Assembly (NCBI GenBank): GCA_963782055.1
Contig: CAWAIF010000003.1
Span: forward strand, 2,304,001-2,368,000
DNA length: 64,000 nt
Direction of reading: 5' to 3'
Origin: an uncultured delta proteobacterium
GTDB lineage: Bacteria > Myxococcota_A > Polyangia > Polyangiales > Polyangiaceae
Shown: positions 37,883 to 49,416 of the stretch, piece by piece
Layout: every line of letters starts with the position of its first letter
Numbering within the stretch: the first letter of the stretch is position 1
Notes under the pieces: model-generated
Database searches by the model: none
Seen by the model: only the letters and a program-made list of their open reading frames with translations
Told to the model about the DNA's origin: nothing
Made by a program: the position numbers and the translations under genes

Positions 37883-40471
37883 ATGAAGCAGGTGAAGCGC
37901 TCGGTCTTGGCGGTCGTTGCAGTCACGGCGCTCGCGCTGGCTTGCGGCGACCAGTCCCCCCCCAGCGGCGACCCGGATGCCGCGGTCGCCGACGGCGGCC
38001 AGCCGGACGGCGACGGCGCCTCGCCGGACGCGGGGCCGACCACGTGCGCTCCGAACGCGACGCTCCCGTGCGCGTGCGACACGGGCGTGGGCGTCCAGCG
38101 GTGCTTCCCGGACGGGAGCCGCTGGCTCGCGTGCGAATGCCACAGCTACGGCGCCGAGCTCGCCGTCAGCCCGACCGGTAGCGATGCAGCGACAGGCACG
38201 CTGAAGGACCCGTTCAAGACGCTCGGGCGCGCGCAGACGGCTGTGCGAGACCTCATCGCCTCCGGGCTCCCGGCGAACGGCGTGGTCGTCTGGCTGCGTG
38301 GCGGCAGCTACACCCTGACCAAGACGCTCGCGCTCGGCGCCGCCGACTCCGGCACGGCCAGCGCGATGGTCACCTGGAGCGGCTACCCTGGCGAGAGCGC
38401 GCACCTCGTGGGTGGCACCGCGATCGACCCCGGCGGCTTCGTTCCGGTGACGAGCGCGTCGCCGGTCTGGAGTCGACTGGACCCTTCGGTGCAGGGCAAG
38501 GTCGTCGTCGCCGATCTCAAGGCGCTCGGGATCACCGACTACGGCACCCTCGTGTCGAGCGGCAACGACTGCTCCACGGGCGCCAAGGCCTCGGCCCTCG
38601 AGCTCACCATCGACGGCGCCGAGATGCCGCTCGCGCGGTGGCCGGACCCGACCGAGAACACCGACGTCACGCCGGACAACAACGCCAGCTCGCTCCACGT
38701 CTACGGCACCGGGCTGACGCCGGACGTGAGCGGCGACTACACCAAGACCGGCGTCGTCGACGGCGTGTCGCAGTTCTCGCGAACGGGCCTCGTCGGCGGC
38801 AAGCAGTACAACCTGCATCGTCACACGTGGACGGACTCCAACGGTCCGCACACGGCGTGGTTTCTGACGACGACCGCGAGCGGCTATCCCACCAGCGCCG
38901 ACCCCTTCTTCTACGTCTACAGGCCGACGTTGCAGGACATGAGCGCCGCCAACGGCGCGGCCGGCTCGCCCTCCTTCCGCGATCCGGCGAGCATCCACCA
39001 GGGCTTCGCGCTGGTCGCGAAGGGCGTCTCCGGGACAGAGTTCCAGTACGCCGACCCGCGTCCGTCGCGCTGGGCGCAGGCGCCGGACGTCTGGCTGCAC
39101 GGCCTGTTCGAGTACGGGTGGGCCGAGTGCCACACGAAGGTCTCGTCCATCGACACCGGGAGCAAGACCATCACCGTCGCGACGGCGCCCGGCTACGGCA
39201 TCGCCGCCGCGCGGCCCTACTACGCGGAGAACCTCCTCGAGGAGATCACCGCGCCGGGGGAGTGGTACCTCGACCGCGCGTCCGGCAGCCTGTATCTGCT
39301 TCCGCCCTCGAGCCTGGCGGGCAAGTCGATCGTCGTCTCGATGCTGGGCACCCCGCTGGTGTCGCTCTCCTCCGCGTCCTACGTGACCCTGCGCGACATG
39401 ATCCTGGAGGACGGCCGCGCGAACCTGGTGGAGGCCTCCGGCGCCTCCCACATCCGCCTCGTCGGGCTCACGTTGCGCAACGGCGGCGCGTCGGGCGCCA
39501 GCGTGCAGGGGACCGACATCGGCGTCTCCTACGCGAACATCTACGGCATGGCGAACGGTGGCGTGATCATCTCGGGCGGCGACCGCCCGAGCCTCACGCC
39601 GGGCAAGGACTACGTCGAGAACTCGCACATCCACGACTACGCGCGCTGGGACTGGATGTACAAGGCCGGCGTCGTCATGTCCGGCGTGGGCAATCGCATC
39701 AGCCACAACAAGATCCACGGCGCGCCCCACAATGCCATCCTGTTCTCCGCGACGAACGACGCGCAGGTCGACTTCAACGACGTCTACGGCGTGTGCACCG
39801 CCACCGCCGACGCCGGCGCGATCTACTCCGGCCGCGACTGGGGCGCGCGGGGGGACGAGGTGAACGGCAACTACGTCCACGACATCGCGAGCTCGCTGAC
39901 GGACCTGATCCCGGCGTCGGTCGTCGGCATCTACCTGGACGACTGCCTCAGCGGCCTGCAGGTCAGGGGCAACATCATCGATCGCGTGCGCGGCCTCGGC
40001 ATCCTGCACGGCGGCGGGCGCGACGACGACATGGAGAGCAACCTCATCGCCAACTGCCAGCAGTCGGCGTTCAGCACCGACGCCCGCTGCGTGACGTGGG
40101 CGGCGGGCGGCAACGGAAACCTGCTCGCCATCCTGGAGGCGAACCACTACCAGCAGGATCCCTGGCTCACCCGCTACCCCGCGTGCGCGGCCATCCCGGA
40201 CAACCTGGCCACGATCCAGGCGAACGGGTGGGGCCTGCCGCAGGGCAGCGTCTTCTCGCGCAACGCGGGGTTCGGGAACGTCGCGTGGCAGACGGCGAGC
40301 GACAGCCAGGCGGTGCCCGCGTTCGCGGAGATCAAGGACAACGTGCCCGACGCCACGAACGTCTTCGTCGACGAGGCCGCGGGCGACATGAACGTGCCGT
40401 CGGGCTCGCCGGTCCGCGCGATCCCCGGGTTCGTGCCGACAGACTTCTCCCAGGTCGGCATCCAGCCCTGA
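37883..40471 (+). CDS. Right-handed beta-helix (GH141/pectate-lyase-like) lipoprotein
   Basis: ALA-C; VSPTGSD...GT..DPF.TL..A, LRGGSY, ENLLEEI..PGEWYLD, DAGAIY.GR, GIYLDD. Confidence 0.85.
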   Translation: MKQVKRSVLAVVAVTALALACGDQSPPSGDPDAAVADGGQPDGDGASPDAGPTTCAPNATLPCACDTGVGVQRCFPDGSRWLACECHSYGAELAVSPTGSDAATGTLKDPFKTLGRAQTAVRDLIASGLPANGVVVWLRGGSYTLTKTLALGAADSGTASAMVTWSGYPGESAHLVGGTAIDPGGFVPVTSASPVWSRLDPSVQGKVVVADLKALGITDYGTLVSSGNDCSTGAKASALELTIDGAEMPLARWPDPTENTDVTPDNNASSLHVYGTGLTPDVSGDYTKTGVVDGVSQFSRTGLVGGKQYNLHRHTWTDSNGPHTAWFLTTTASGYPTSADPFFYVYRPTLQDMSAANGAAGSPSFRDPASIHQGFALVAKGVSGTEFQYADPRPSRWAQAPDVWLHGLFEYGWAECHTKVSSIDTGSKTITVATAPGYGIAAARPYYAENLLEEITAPGEWYLDRASGSLYLLPPSSLAGKSIVVSMLGTPLVSLSSASYVTLRDMILEDGRANLVEASGASHIRLVGLTLRNGGASGASVQGTDIGVSYANIYGMANGGVIISGGDRPSLTPGKDYVENSHIHDYARWDWMYKAGVVMSGVGNRISHNKIHGAPHNAILFSATNDAQVDFNDVYGVCTATADAGAIYSGRDWGARGDEVNGNYVHDIASSLTDLIPASVVGIYLDDCLSGLQVRGNIIDRVRGLGILHGGGRDDDMESNLIANCQQSAFSTDARCVTWAAGGNGNLLAILEANHYQQDPWLTRYPACAAIPDNLATIQANGWGLPQGSVFSRNAGFGNVAWQTASDSQAVPAFAEIKDNVPDATNVFVDEAAGDMNVPSGSPVRAIPGFVPTDFSQVGIQP

Positions 40472-40634
40472 GCCCCCCAGGCGCGTCGGCGCACGTCCTT
40501 GCGCCCCCGTGGTCGCGGCGCATCACCAGTGAAGGCGTCGCGTCACCGACCGCAAACCGTGCATGCGCGCGAAATACCGGCCCGACGTCTCACGCGTATG
40601 ACCCCGCAAGTCTGCGGGCCCCGAGTGGGGGCGG

Positions 40635-41120
40635 ATGGGCACGCTCCTTGCGTCCAACGAGGAGGGAGTGTGCGCACCCCACCCCTGGAACGCCATGCTC
40701 GCAGACCTTCAAGCGGAGAGCGGAGTCAGCCCCGACGATCGCGAAGGACGACTTCGCGAGGCCCGGGCACGCATCGGAGCCACGCTCCGTGGGAAGTGGC
40801 ACCTCGAAACGCTCCTCGGGCTAGGTGGTATGGGCGCCGTCTACGAGGCAACCCATCGCAACGGGATGCGCGGGGCCCTGAAGATCCTCGACAGGCGGCT
40901 GGGCCACTCGGGTGCGGCCCGAGAGCGCTTCCTGCGCGAGGGGCTGCTGGCCAACGAGGTCGGGCATGCGGGCGCGGTCTCGGTGCTCGACGACGACGAG
41001 ACCGAGGACGGCTGCGCGTTTCTGGTGATGGAGCTGCTCGCCGGCGCGACCCTCGAAGAGGTCGCGGAGCGGAGCGGCGGGGCGCTGCCGATGGCACAGG
41101 TGACCCGTTGTGGGATGCAG
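40635..41120 (+). pseudogene. Ser/Thr protein kinase N-terminal fragment
   Basis: LLGLGGMGAVYEA, ALKIL, RFLRE, FLVMELL.G.TL; sequence diverges before HRD/DFG. Confidence 0.75.
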
Positions 41121-41325
41121 GTCCTCAAAGCCAGTCCATCATGGCCGGAGGCAGAACTGGATGTGCGGAACGGGCCCTGGTGCAGCTTCAGCCTGGGACA
41201 GCGCAGCCAGAGAGGGTGACGATTGGTCCGGGGAGGCCGCGTTGCGCTTCGCCGCGCGAGGCGACGCCCGGCCGGCGAAGGACCACCTCTCCCCTTCGGG
41301 GCGAGGTCTGGCTCCAGCGGGCGTC

Positions 41326-41340
41326 TTTCGCGCTTCTTTA
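41326..41340 (+). promoter_or_regulatory. Putative KdpE-binding site
   Basis: TTTC-GCGCTTC-TTTA, a TTT(A/C)-N7-TTTA direct repeat in GC-rich DNA just upstream of the kdp operon; resembles the E. coli KdpE box spacing. Confidence 0.5.
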
Positions 41341-41376
41341 GCGCGGAGCCACTAAAGGCTAGCGGCAGGAGATCGC

Positions 41377-41457
41377 ATGGACCTCGTCTACGTCGCCCTC
41401 ACGCTCGGAATGCTCGCGCTGACGCTGGGGCTCGTCCGCCTCTGCGATCGGCTCTGA
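41377..41457 (+). CDS. 26-aa hydrophobic peptide heading the kdp operon
   Basis: [34 protein letters not shown]; absent from the ORF track. Confidence 0.7.
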   Translation: MDLVYVALTLGMLALTLGLVRLCDRL

Positions 41458-41468
41458 CGAGGTCCGCC

Positions 41469-41558
41469 ATGGTCACCTACTGCATCGCCGGCGCGATCGC
41501 GACGCTCCTGCTCGTGTACCTGTTCATCGCGCTGCTCGAGCCGGAGAAGTTCCAATGA
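41469..41558 (+). CDS. kdpF: K+-transporting ATPase subunit F
   Basis: [29 protein letters not shown] with YL..AL..PEKF signature; GAGG RBS; ATGA overlap with kdpA. Confidence 0.9.
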   Translation: MVTYCIAGAIATLLLVYLFIALLEPEKFQ

Positions 41559-43276
41559 CCTGGCAAGGCTGGGCTCAGATCGCGCTCTACCTGGCGGTAC
41601 TCGTCGCGCTGGTGAAGCCGCTGGGCGCCTTCATGGCGCGCGTGTACGAAGGGCAGCCCATCTGGCTCGAGAAGGCGCTCGGCCCCGTGGAGCGTCTCAT
41701 CTATCGCGCCGCCGGAGTGAAGCGCGACGACGAGCAGGACTGGAAGGCGTACGCGGTCGCGATGCTCGTCTTCAACGTGGCGGGCCTGCTCGTGGTCTAC
41801 GCCCTGCAACGCCTCCAGGGCTCGCTGCCGCTGAATCCGGCGGGCATGGGCGCGGTGTCGCCCGACTCCGCGTGGAACACCGCCGTCAGCTTCGCCACCA
41901 ACACCAACTGGCAAGGGTACGGCGGCGAGTCGACCATGAGCTACCTCACGCAGATGCTCGGCCTCGCCGTGCAGAACTTCGTGTCCGCGGCGTCGGGCAT
42001 GGCGGTGCTGGTGGCGCTCATCCGCGGCATCACCCGGAAGACCACGAGCCAGATCGGCAGCTTCTGGGTCGACCTGGTCCGCACCGCCCTCTACATCCTT
42101 CTCCCGCTGTCGGTCGTCGTCGCGCTGCTCCTGGTCTCGCAGGGCGTCGTGCAGACCTTCGGCCCGTACCACGCCGTGCCTCTCCTGCAGGCGACGAAGG
42201 ACGCGGACGGCAAGACGGTCGCCGAGCAAGTGCTCGCGCTCGGGCCCGCGGCCTCCCAGATCGCCATCAAGCAGCTCGGCACCAACGGCGGCGGCTTCTT
42301 CAACGTCAACTCGGCGCACCCCTTCGAGAACCCGACGCCGCTCTCCAATTTCGTCGAGGTGCTGTCCATCCTGCTGATCCCCGCGGCGCTCTGTTACACC
42401 TTCGGCAAGATGGTGAAGGACACGCGGCAGGGCTGGGCCCTGCTGGCGGCCATGTTCGCCATCTTCCTGCCCCTGCTGGTGCTGTGCGTGGTGTCCGAGC
42501 AGGCCTCCAATCCGGCGCTCGCCCACCTCGGCGTCGTCGGCTCGAACATGGAGGGCAAGGAGGCGCGCTTCGGCGTCTCCGCCTCCGCGCTGTGGGCGAC
42601 GGCGACGACCGCGGCCTCCAACGGCTCGGTCAACGCGATGCACGACTCCTTCACGCCGCTGGGCGGGCTGGTGCCGCTGTGGATGATCCAGCTCGGCGAG
42701 ATCGTCTTCGGCGGCGTGGGCTCGGGGCTCTACGGGATGTTGATGTTCGCCGTGATCGCGGTCTTCGTGGCCGGGCTGATGGTCGGCCGGACGCCGGAGT
42801 ACCTCGGGAAGAAGATCGAGGCCTACGAGATGAAGATGGCGTCGCTGGTCGTCCTCGTCCCGGCCGCGACGGTCCTCGTGGGCACCGCGGTGGCCGTGAT
42901 GACCGAGGCCGGCCGCAAGGGCATCCTGAACCCGGGCGCGCACGGCTTCAGCGAGGTGCTGTACGCCTTCTCGTCGGCGGGCAACAACAACGGGAGCGCC
43001 TTCGCCGGCCTCTCCGCGAACACGCCCTTTTACGACGTCGCGCTGGGCATCGCGATGTTCGTCGGACGCTTCTTCGTCAAGGTGCCGGTGCTCGCGCTGG
43101 CCGGGGCGCTCGCCAAGAAGAAGATCGTACCCCGGACGTCCGGCACCCTCCCGACGCACACGCCGCTCTTCGTCGGAATGCTCGTCGGGGTCATCGTGGT
43201 CGTGGGCGCGCTCACCTTCATCCCCGCGCTCGCGCTCGGGCCGATCGTCGAGCAGCTGCTCGCGCGGGGATCGTGA
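41555..43276 (+). CDS. kdpA: K+-transporting ATPase subunit A
   Basis: [46 protein letters not shown]. Confidence 0.98.
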   Translation: MTWQGWAQIALYLAVLVALVKPLGAFMARVYEGQPIWLEKALGPVERLIYRAAGVKRDDEQDWKAYAVAMLVFNVAGLLVVYALQRLQGSLPLNPAGMGAVSPDSAWNTAVSFATNTNWQGYGGESTMSYLTQMLGLAVQNFVSAASGMAVLVALIRGITRKTTSQIGSFWVDLVRTALYILLPLSVVVALLLVSQGVVQTFGPYHAVPLLQATKDADGKTVAEQVLALGPAASQIAIKQLGTNGGGFFNVNSAHPFENPTPLSNFVEVLSILLIPAALCYTFGKMVKDTRQGWALLAAMFAIFLPLLVLCVVSEQASNPALAHLGVVGSNMEGKEARFGVSASALWATATTAASNGSVNAMHDSFTPLGGLVPLWMIQLGEIVFGGVGSGLYGMLMFAVIAVFVAGLMVGRTPEYLGKKIEAYEMKMASLVVLVPAATVLVGTAVAVMTEAGRKGILNPGAHGFSEVLYAFSSAGNNNGSAFAGLSANTPFYDVALGIAMFVGRFFVKVPVLALAGALAKKKIVPRTSGTLPTHTPLFVGMLVGVIVVVGALTFIPALALGPIVEQLLARGS

Positions 43277-43283
43277 GGTCGTC

Positions 43284-45374
43284 ATGAGCAGTCATCGCGT
43301 CGCGCACGCCTCTCGTCCCCTCTTCGACGGACCCATCGTTCGCCGAGCCGTCATCGAGTCGCTCAAGAAGCTGGACCCGCGCCACCAGATCCGCAATCCG
43401 GTCATGTTCGTGGTGGAGGTCGGTAGCGCTCTCACCACCGCGCTCTTCTTCCAGTCGCTCGGGGGGCACGGCGAGGCGCGCCCGGGCTTCATCCTGGGCG
43501 TCAGCCTCTGGCTATGGTTCACCGTCCTCTTCGCCAACTTCGCCGAGGCGATGGCGGAGGGGCGCGGCAAGGCGCAGGCGGATACCCTGCGCAAGGCGCG
43601 CAAGGACATCCAGGCCAAGCAGCTCGCCGCCCCCGCCCGCGACGCGAAGGTCACCGTGGTCGCGGCTTCCACGCTGCGGAAGGGCGACGTGGTGCTCGTG
43701 GAGGCGGGCGACCTCGTCCCCATGGACGGCGAGATCGTGGAGGGCGTCGCCTCGGTGGACGAGAGCGCCATCACCGGAGAGAGCGCGCCGGTCATCCGGG
43801 AGAGCGGCGGCGACCGCAGCGCCGTCACCGGCGGCACGCGCGTGCTCTCCGACTGGATCGTCGTCCGCCTCTCCAGCAACCCGGGCGAGACGTTCCTCGA
43901 CCGCATGATCTCCATGGTGGAGGGCGCCAAGCGCCAGAAGACGCCGAACGAGATCGCGCTCGACATCCTGCTCGCCGCGCTGACCATCGTCTTTCTCCTC
44001 GCGACGGTCACGCTGCTGCCCTTCTCCATGTTCAGCGTGCGCGCGACCGGTCACGGCACGCCCATCGGCATCACCGTGCTCGTCGCCCTCCTGGTGTGTC
44101 TCATCCCGACCACCATCGGCGGGTTGCTCTCGGCCATCGGCATCGCCGGGATGGACCGGATGATCCAGGCGAACGTGATCGCCACGTCCGGTCGCGCGGT
44201 GGAGGCGGCCGGCGACGTCGACGTGCTCCTGCTGGACAAGACGGGGACCATCACCCTCGGCAACCGGCAGGCGTCGACGTTCTTGCCTGCGCCAGGAGTG
44301 TCCGCCCAGGAGCTCGCGGACGCCGCGCAGCTCGCGTCCCTCGCCGACGAGACGCCGGAGGGGCGCAGCATCGTGGCGCTCGCGAAGGAGAAGTACGGCA
44401 TCCGCGAGCGCGACATGGCGGCGCTCGGGGCGACGTTCGTTCCCTTCACCGCGCAGACGCGGATGAGCGGCGTGGATCTTCCAGGCGCGTCGCCCCGCGA
44501 GATCCGCAAGGGCGCGGCGGACGCGATCGAGGCGTACGTGCGCGCGGCTGGCGGCGAGGTGCCGGAGGAGGTGAAGCGCGTGGTGGAGACGGTCGCCAAG
44601 CGCGGGGCAACGCCGCTCGTGGTGGCGGAAGACAAGCGCGTGCTCGGCTGCCTGGAGCTCAAGGACATCGTCAAGGGCGGCATCAAGGAGCGCTTCGCCG
44701 AGCTGCGCGGCATGGGCATCAAGACGGTGATGATCACCGGTGACAACCCGACGACCGCCGCCGCCATCGCCGCGGAGGCGGGCGTCGACGACTACCTCGC
44801 CCAGGCGACGCCGGAGACCAAGCTGTCGCTCATCCGCGAGCACCAGGCGGGGGGGCGACTGGTGGCGATGACCGGCGACGGCACCAACGACGCGCCGGCC
44901 CTCGCGCAGGCGGACGTGGCGGTGGCGATGAACACCGGCACGCAGGCCGCGAAGGAGGCCGGCAACATGGTCGATCTGGACTCCAACCCGACCAAGCTCA
45001 TCGAGATCGTCGCGATCGGCAAGCAGCTCCTGGTCACGCGCGGCGCGCTCACCACCTTCAGCATCGCCAACGACATCGCGAAGTACTTCGCCATCATCCC
45101 CGCGGCGTTCGCGTCCACCTATCCGGCGCTCGGCACGCTGAACGTGATGCACCTGGCCACGCCCCAGAGCGCCATCCTCTCGGCCGTCATCTTCAACGCG
45201 CTCATCATCGTCTTCCTCATCCCGCTCGCGCTGCGCGGCATTCGCTACCGCGCGCTGGGCGCCTCGCTGCTCTTGCGCCGCAACCTGCTCGTCTACGGGC
45301 TGGGCGGCGTGGTGGTGCCCTTCGCCGGGATCAAGCTCATCGACGAGCTCCTGGTCGCCGTCCACATGGTGTGA
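43284..45374 (+). CDS. kdpB: K+-transporting P-type ATPase subunit B
   Basis: [28 protein letters not shown]. Confidence 0.98.
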   Translation: MSSHRVAHASRPLFDGPIVRRAVIESLKKLDPRHQIRNPVMFVVEVGSALTTALFFQSLGGHGEARPGFILGVSLWLWFTVLFANFAEAMAEGRGKAQADTLRKARKDIQAKQLAAPARDAKVTVVAASTLRKGDVVLVEAGDLVPMDGEIVEGVASVDESAITGESAPVIRESGGDRSAVTGGTRVLSDWIVVRLSSNPGETFLDRMISMVEGAKRQKTPNEIALDILLAALTIVFLLATVTLLPFSMFSVRATGHGTPIGITVLVALLVCLIPTTIGGLLSAIGIAGMDRMIQANVIATSGRAVEAAGDVDVLLLDKTGTITLGNRQASTFLPAPGVSAQELADAAQLASLADETPEGRSIVALAKEKYGIRERDMAALGATFVPFTAQTRMSGVDLPGASPREIRKGAADAIEAYVRAAGGEVPEEVKRVVETVAKRGATPLVVAEDKRVLGCLELKDIVKGGIKERFAELRGMGIKTVMITGDNPTTAAAIAAEAGVDDYLAQATPETKLSLIREHQAGGRLVAMTGDGTNDAPALAQADVAVAMNTGTQAAKEAGNMVDLDSNPTKLIEIVAIGKQLLVTRGALTTFSIANDIAKYFAIIPAAFASTYPALGTLNVMHLATPQSAILSAVIFNALIIVFLIPLALRGIRYRALGASLLLRRNLLVYGLGGVVVPFAGIKLIDELLVAVHMV

Positions 45375-45382
45375 GGTCCGTC

Positions 45383-45974
45383 ATGCTCGCGCAGATCCGT
45401 CCCGCCCTCGTCGTCCTCGCGCTGCTCTCGCTGCTCACCGGCGTGGTGTATCCGCTCGCGGTCACCGGCGTCGCGCGGCTCGCCTTTCGCGATCAGGCTC
45501 GGGGAAGCCTGATCGTGCGAGACGGCAGGCCCGTCGGCTCGTCCCTCATCGGTCAACCCTTCGACGACCCGCGATACTTCTGGGGGCGACCCTCGGCGAC
45601 CGGGGCCGTCCCGTACGACGCACGCGCCTCGTCGGGGTCCAACCTGGGCCCCACCAACCCGGCGCTCACCGCCGCGGCGCGGGCGCGCGTGGAAGCGCTG
45701 CGCGCGGCGGACCCGACCAACTCGGCGCCCATCCCAGTGGACCTGGTGACCGCGTCGGCGAGCGGGCTCGAATCCGCACCTCTCCCCGGCCGCGGCCGAC
45801 TGGCAGGTGCCCCGGGTGGCGGGGGCGCGGCACATGGATGCGCAAGCGGTCCGGCGCCTCGTCGCAGAGTACACGGAATCCCGGACCGCCGGCGTGCTGG
45901 GCGAGCCCCGGGTGAACGTGCTGCTCCTCAACCTGGCGCTGGACGCCGCCGCCCGGGCGCGTCCGGTGCGATAG
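45383..45974 (+). CDS. kdpC: K+-transporting ATPase subunit C with +1 frameshift at ~45771
   Basis: [28 protein letters not shown]; removing one A restores DPHLSP...[15 protein letters not shown] and a TAG at 45974. Confidence 0.93.
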
Positions 45975-45981
45975 TCCTCCC

Positions 45982-48684
45982 ATGAGCGACGGGCGCCGCG
46001 ATCCGGACGAGCTCCTTCGGGTGGTCACCGAAGAGGAGCGTCTCGCCCGGCGTGGCAAGCTCACCGTCTTCTTCGGGGCCGCTCCCGGCGTCGGCAAGAC
46101 CTACTCCATGCTGGAGGCGGCGCGCGCGGAGCACGACGCGGGGCGCGACGTGGTCATCGGGGTCGTGGAGACGCACGGGCGCTACGACACCGGCGCGCTG
46201 GTGATCGGCCTGGAGATGCTGCCGCGTCGCAAGGAGACGCACCGCGGGGTGGAGCTCGGGGAGCTGGACCTGGACGGCGCGCTGGCGCGCAAGCCGGCGC
46301 TGCTGCTCGTCGACGAGCTGGCGCACACCAACGCGCCGGGATCGCTGCACGCCAAGCGCTGGCAGGACGTGGAGGAGGTGCTCGACGCCGGCATCGACGT
46401 CTACACCACCCTCAACGTGCAACACGTGGAGAGCCTGAACGACGTGGTCGCCCAGGTGACCGGCGTGGTGGTGCGCGAGACGGTCCCCGATCGGGTGCTG
46501 GAGGAGGCGAGCGAGGTGCGCCTCATCGACCTGCCGCCGGACGAGCTGCTGGAGCGGCTGGGCGCCGGGAAGGTGTACCTCCCCGCGCAGGCGCAGCGCG
46601 CCGTCGACAACTTCTTCCGGAAGGGCAACCTGATCGCGCTGCGGGAGCTCGCGCTGCGCCGGACGGCGGAGCGCGTGGACGCGCAGATGCGGGTCTACAA
46701 GTCGACCCACGGCATCGAGGGGACCTGGGCGACCGGGGACCGCATCCTGGTGTGCGTGAGCCCGAGCCCGCTGTCGGCGCAGCTGGTCCGCGGGGCGTGC
46801 CGCATGGCGCGCAGCCTCCACGCGGAGTGGATCGCGGTGTACGTGGAGACGCCGGCGGCCCTCCGGTTGAACGACGCCGGCCGGCGGCGGGTCGCCGACA
46901 ACCTGCGGCTCGCCGAGCAGCTCGGGGCGGAGACGGCGACCCTCAGCGGAGAGAGCGCGGCGCAGGAGACGCTGCGCTACGCGCGCAAGCGCAACGTCAC
47001 CAGGATCGTGGTCGGCAAGCCGACGCACTCGCGCTGGCGCGATCTGGTGTCGCAGCCGTTTCTCGAGGAGATGGTGCGCGGGAGCGGCGACATCGACGTC
47101 CACGTCATCACGGGCGAGGCGGCGGCGGGGGAGGGAGCGCGCGCCGCGCCGCCGGCGGAGAGGCGTCGCGGGTCCCCCGCCGCGTACGCGTCCAGCGTCG
47201 CGATCGTGGCGGCCACCGGGGGCGTCGCCTGGTTCGTGTTCGGGCGCGGCCGGCTGGACGACGTGGTCATGGTGTTCCTGCTGGCGATCATCCTGATCGC
47301 CATGCGCTTCGGCTCGGGCCCGTCGCTGCTGGCCACGGTGCTGAGCGTGCTCGCCGTCGACTTCTTCTTCGTGACACCGTACTACAGCCTCTCCGTCGAC
47401 GAGTTTCGGCACGTGGTGACGTTCGGCGTGATGTTCGTGGTCGCTGTGCTGATCAGCGGCCTCACCAAGCGGATTCGCGACCAGGCGGACGCGGCCCGCC
47501 GCCGGGAGCAGCGCACCTCCAGCCTGTACGGGATGACGCGCGACCTGGCCGGCACGCGGGCGGTCGGCAACCTCGCGGCGATCGCGGTGGAGCACCTGCA
47601 CGACGTGTTCGACGCGCGCGCCGCCGTGCTCCTGCTCGACGCCGCGGGGGACCTGACGCTGGTGACGGCGGGGGGGCCGCACGCCTTCGTCCCCGACGCG
47701 AAGGAGCGAACGGCGGCCGAGTGGGCGCGCGCGCACGGCAAGCCGGCGGGGCTGGGCACCGACACGCTGCCGTCCGGCAGCGCGCTCTACCTGCCGCTGC
47801 CCGATTCCCGTGGGCGCGGCGGGGTCCTCGCGGTCGTGCCGGCCGACCCGCGCCGCTTCGTCGACCCGGCGCAGCGCGCGCTGCTGGACGTCTTCGCCGC
47901 GCAGGTGGCGTCTGCGCTGGAGCGCGCGCGCCTGGCGGAGGAGGCGCAGCGGGCGCAGCTCGAGATGGAGTCGGAGAAGCTGCGCAGCTCGCTGCTGAGC
48001 TCGGTCTCACACGATCTGCGCACACCACTCACCGTGATCTCGGCGGCGGCGAGCGCGTTGCTGGAGAGCAACCCGGCGGTCGGGGCGGAGGCGCGGCAGG
48101 ATCTGCTGCAGACGGTCCACGAGGAGGCGCAGCGTCTGAACCGGCTGGTGCGCAACCTGCTCGACATGACGCGCGTCGCCTCCGGCGCGATCAAGGTGAG
48201 CAAGGAGTGGCAACCGGTGGAGGAGGTGGTCGGCGCGGTGCTGAACCGGCTCGAGGAGCCGCTGGCCGGCCGGGAGGTGGTGGTGGATCTCGCGCCGGAT
48301 CTTCCGCTCGTCCCGATGGACGCGGTGCTGGTGGAGCAGGTCCTCATCAACCTGCTGGAGAACGCCGCGAAGTACTCGCCGCCCGCCTCCCCGCTTCGCA
48401 TCGCCGCGCGCGCGGAGGACGGCGCCATCGTGGTGGAGGTGGCGGACCGCGGGCCGGGCGTGCCGCCGGAGCAAGCTCGTCGTATCTTCGAGAAGTTCTA
48501 CCGCATGCCCGGGGAGCGGGTGGGCGGCGGCGCGGGCCTGGGCCTCGCCATCTGCCGAGGCGTCGTCGAGGCGCACGGCGGGCGCATCTGGGTGGACCAT
48601 CGAGACGGAGGAGGCGCCGTGTTCCGTTTCACCATCCCCATCGAGGGCACGCCGCCGGTCATCCAGGCGGAAGAGGCCCGGTGA
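45982..48684 (+). CDS. kdpD: Sensor histidine kinase KdpD
   Basis: GAAPGVGKTY, LVDELAHTN, Usp-like domain, TM bundle, SHDLRTPL, HATPase. Confidence 0.98.
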   Translation: MSDGRRDPDELLRVVTEEERLARRGKLTVFFGAAPGVGKTYSMLEAARAEHDAGRDVVIGVVETHGRYDTGALVIGLEMLPRRKETHRGVELGELDLDGALARKPALLLVDELAHTNAPGSLHAKRWQDVEEVLDAGIDVYTTLNVQHVESLNDVVAQVTGVVVRETVPDRVLEEASEVRLIDLPPDELLERLGAGKVYLPAQAQRAVDNFFRKGNLIALRELALRRTAERVDAQMRVYKSTHGIEGTWATGDRILVCVSPSPLSAQLVRGACRMARSLHAEWIAVYVETPAALRLNDAGRRRVADNLRLAEQLGAETATLSGESAAQETLRYARKRNVTRIVVGKPTHSRWRDLVSQPFLEEMVRGSGDIDVHVITGEAAAGEGARAAPPAERRRGSPAAYASSVAIVAATGGVAWFVFGRGRLDDVVMVFLLAIILIAMRFGSGPSLLATVLSVLAVDFFFVTPYYSLSVDEFRHVVTFGVMFVVAVLISGLTKRIRDQADAARRREQRTSSLYGMTRDLAGTRAVGNLAAIAVEHLHDVFDARAAVLLLDAAGDLTLVTAGGPHAFVPDAKERTAAEWARAHGKPAGLGTDTLPSGSALYLPLPDSRGRGGVLAVVPADPRRFVDPAQRALLDVFAAQVASALERARLAEEAQRAQLEMESEKLRSSLLSSVSHDLRTPLTVISAAASALLESNPAVGAEARQDLLQTVHEEAQRLNRLVRNLLDMTRVASGAIKVSKEWQPVEEVVGAVLNRLEEPLAGREVVVDLAPDLPLVPMDAVLVEQVLINLLENAAKYSPPASPLRIAARAEDGAIVVEVADRGPGVPPEQARRIFEKFYRMPGERVGGGAGLGLAICRGVVEAHGGRIWVDHRDGGGAVFRFTIPIEGTPPVIQAEEAR

Positions 48685-49367
48685 GCGTCCGGGTCCTGCT
48701 GATCGAAGACGAGCCGCAGATGCGGCGGCTCCTCCGGGGCGCCCTCCCCACGCCGGAGTACGATCTGTTCGAGGCGGCCACGGGCGAGCAGGGCCTCGCC
48801 GCCGCCGCGCAGTACGCGCCGGACGTCATCTTGCTGGACCTCGGTCTTCCGGACATGGACGGGCTGGAGGTGACGTGCCGGCTCCGGGAGTGGACGCAGA
48901 CGCCCATCATCGTTCTCTCGGCGCGCGGTCAGGAGCAGGACAAGGTCGCCGCGCTGGACGCCGGCGCCGACGACTACCTGACCAAGCCGTTCAGCCTGTC
49001 GGAGCTCACCGCGCGGCTGCGCGTGGCGCGCCGCCACGTGGCGCTGCGCGGCGAGGGCGTCCCTGCGGTCTTCACCGCCGGCGCGCTGACGGTGGACAGG
49101 GCGAAGCGTCGCGTGACACTCGGAGCGGAGGAGGTCCGTCTCACGCCCACCGAGTACAAGCTGCTCGCCACGCTGATCGCCAACGCGGGGCGCGTGATGA
49201 CCTACCAGCAGCTCCTCAAAGAGGTGTGGGGGCCGCGGTTCGCGAGCCAGAAGCAGTACGTTCACGTCTACATGGGCCACCTGAGGGCGAAGCTCGAGCC
49301 GGACCCTGCGCGCCCCCGGCTGCTGCTCACCGAGCCCGGAGTCGGCTACCGGCTCAGGCTGGATTGA
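48681..49367 (+). CDS. kdpE: Response regulator KdpE
   Basis: GTGA overlap; LLDLGLPDMDG, GADDYLTKPF, winged-helix LTPTEY...TEPGVGYR. Confidence 0.95.
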   Translation: MSVRVLLIEDEPQMRRLLRGALPTPEYDLFEAATGEQGLAAAAQYAPDVILLDLGLPDMDGLEVTCRLREWTQTPIIVLSARGQEQDKVAALDAGADDYLTKPFSLSELTARLRVARRHVALRGEGVPAVFTAGALTVDRAKRRVTLGAEEVRLTPTEYKLLATLIANAGRVMTYQQLLKEVWGPRFASQKQYVHVYMGHLRAKLEPDPARPRLLLTEPGVGYRLRLD

Positions 49368-49416
49368 GCCGCGGCGCGGGGCGCGTCTCGTCCCCTGGTT
49401 GAGATGCCCCGCCGTC

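Noticed and set aside
41285..41307. Hairpin ACCTCTCCCC-TTC-GGGGCGAGGT upstream of kdp as a riboswitch
   Set aside because: Single short stem upstream of the putative KdpE box, with no recognisable aptamer consensus
45760..45780. Programmed frameshift in kdpC (or ClC)
   Set aside because: No slippery heptamer, and multiple unrelated indels point to sequencing error
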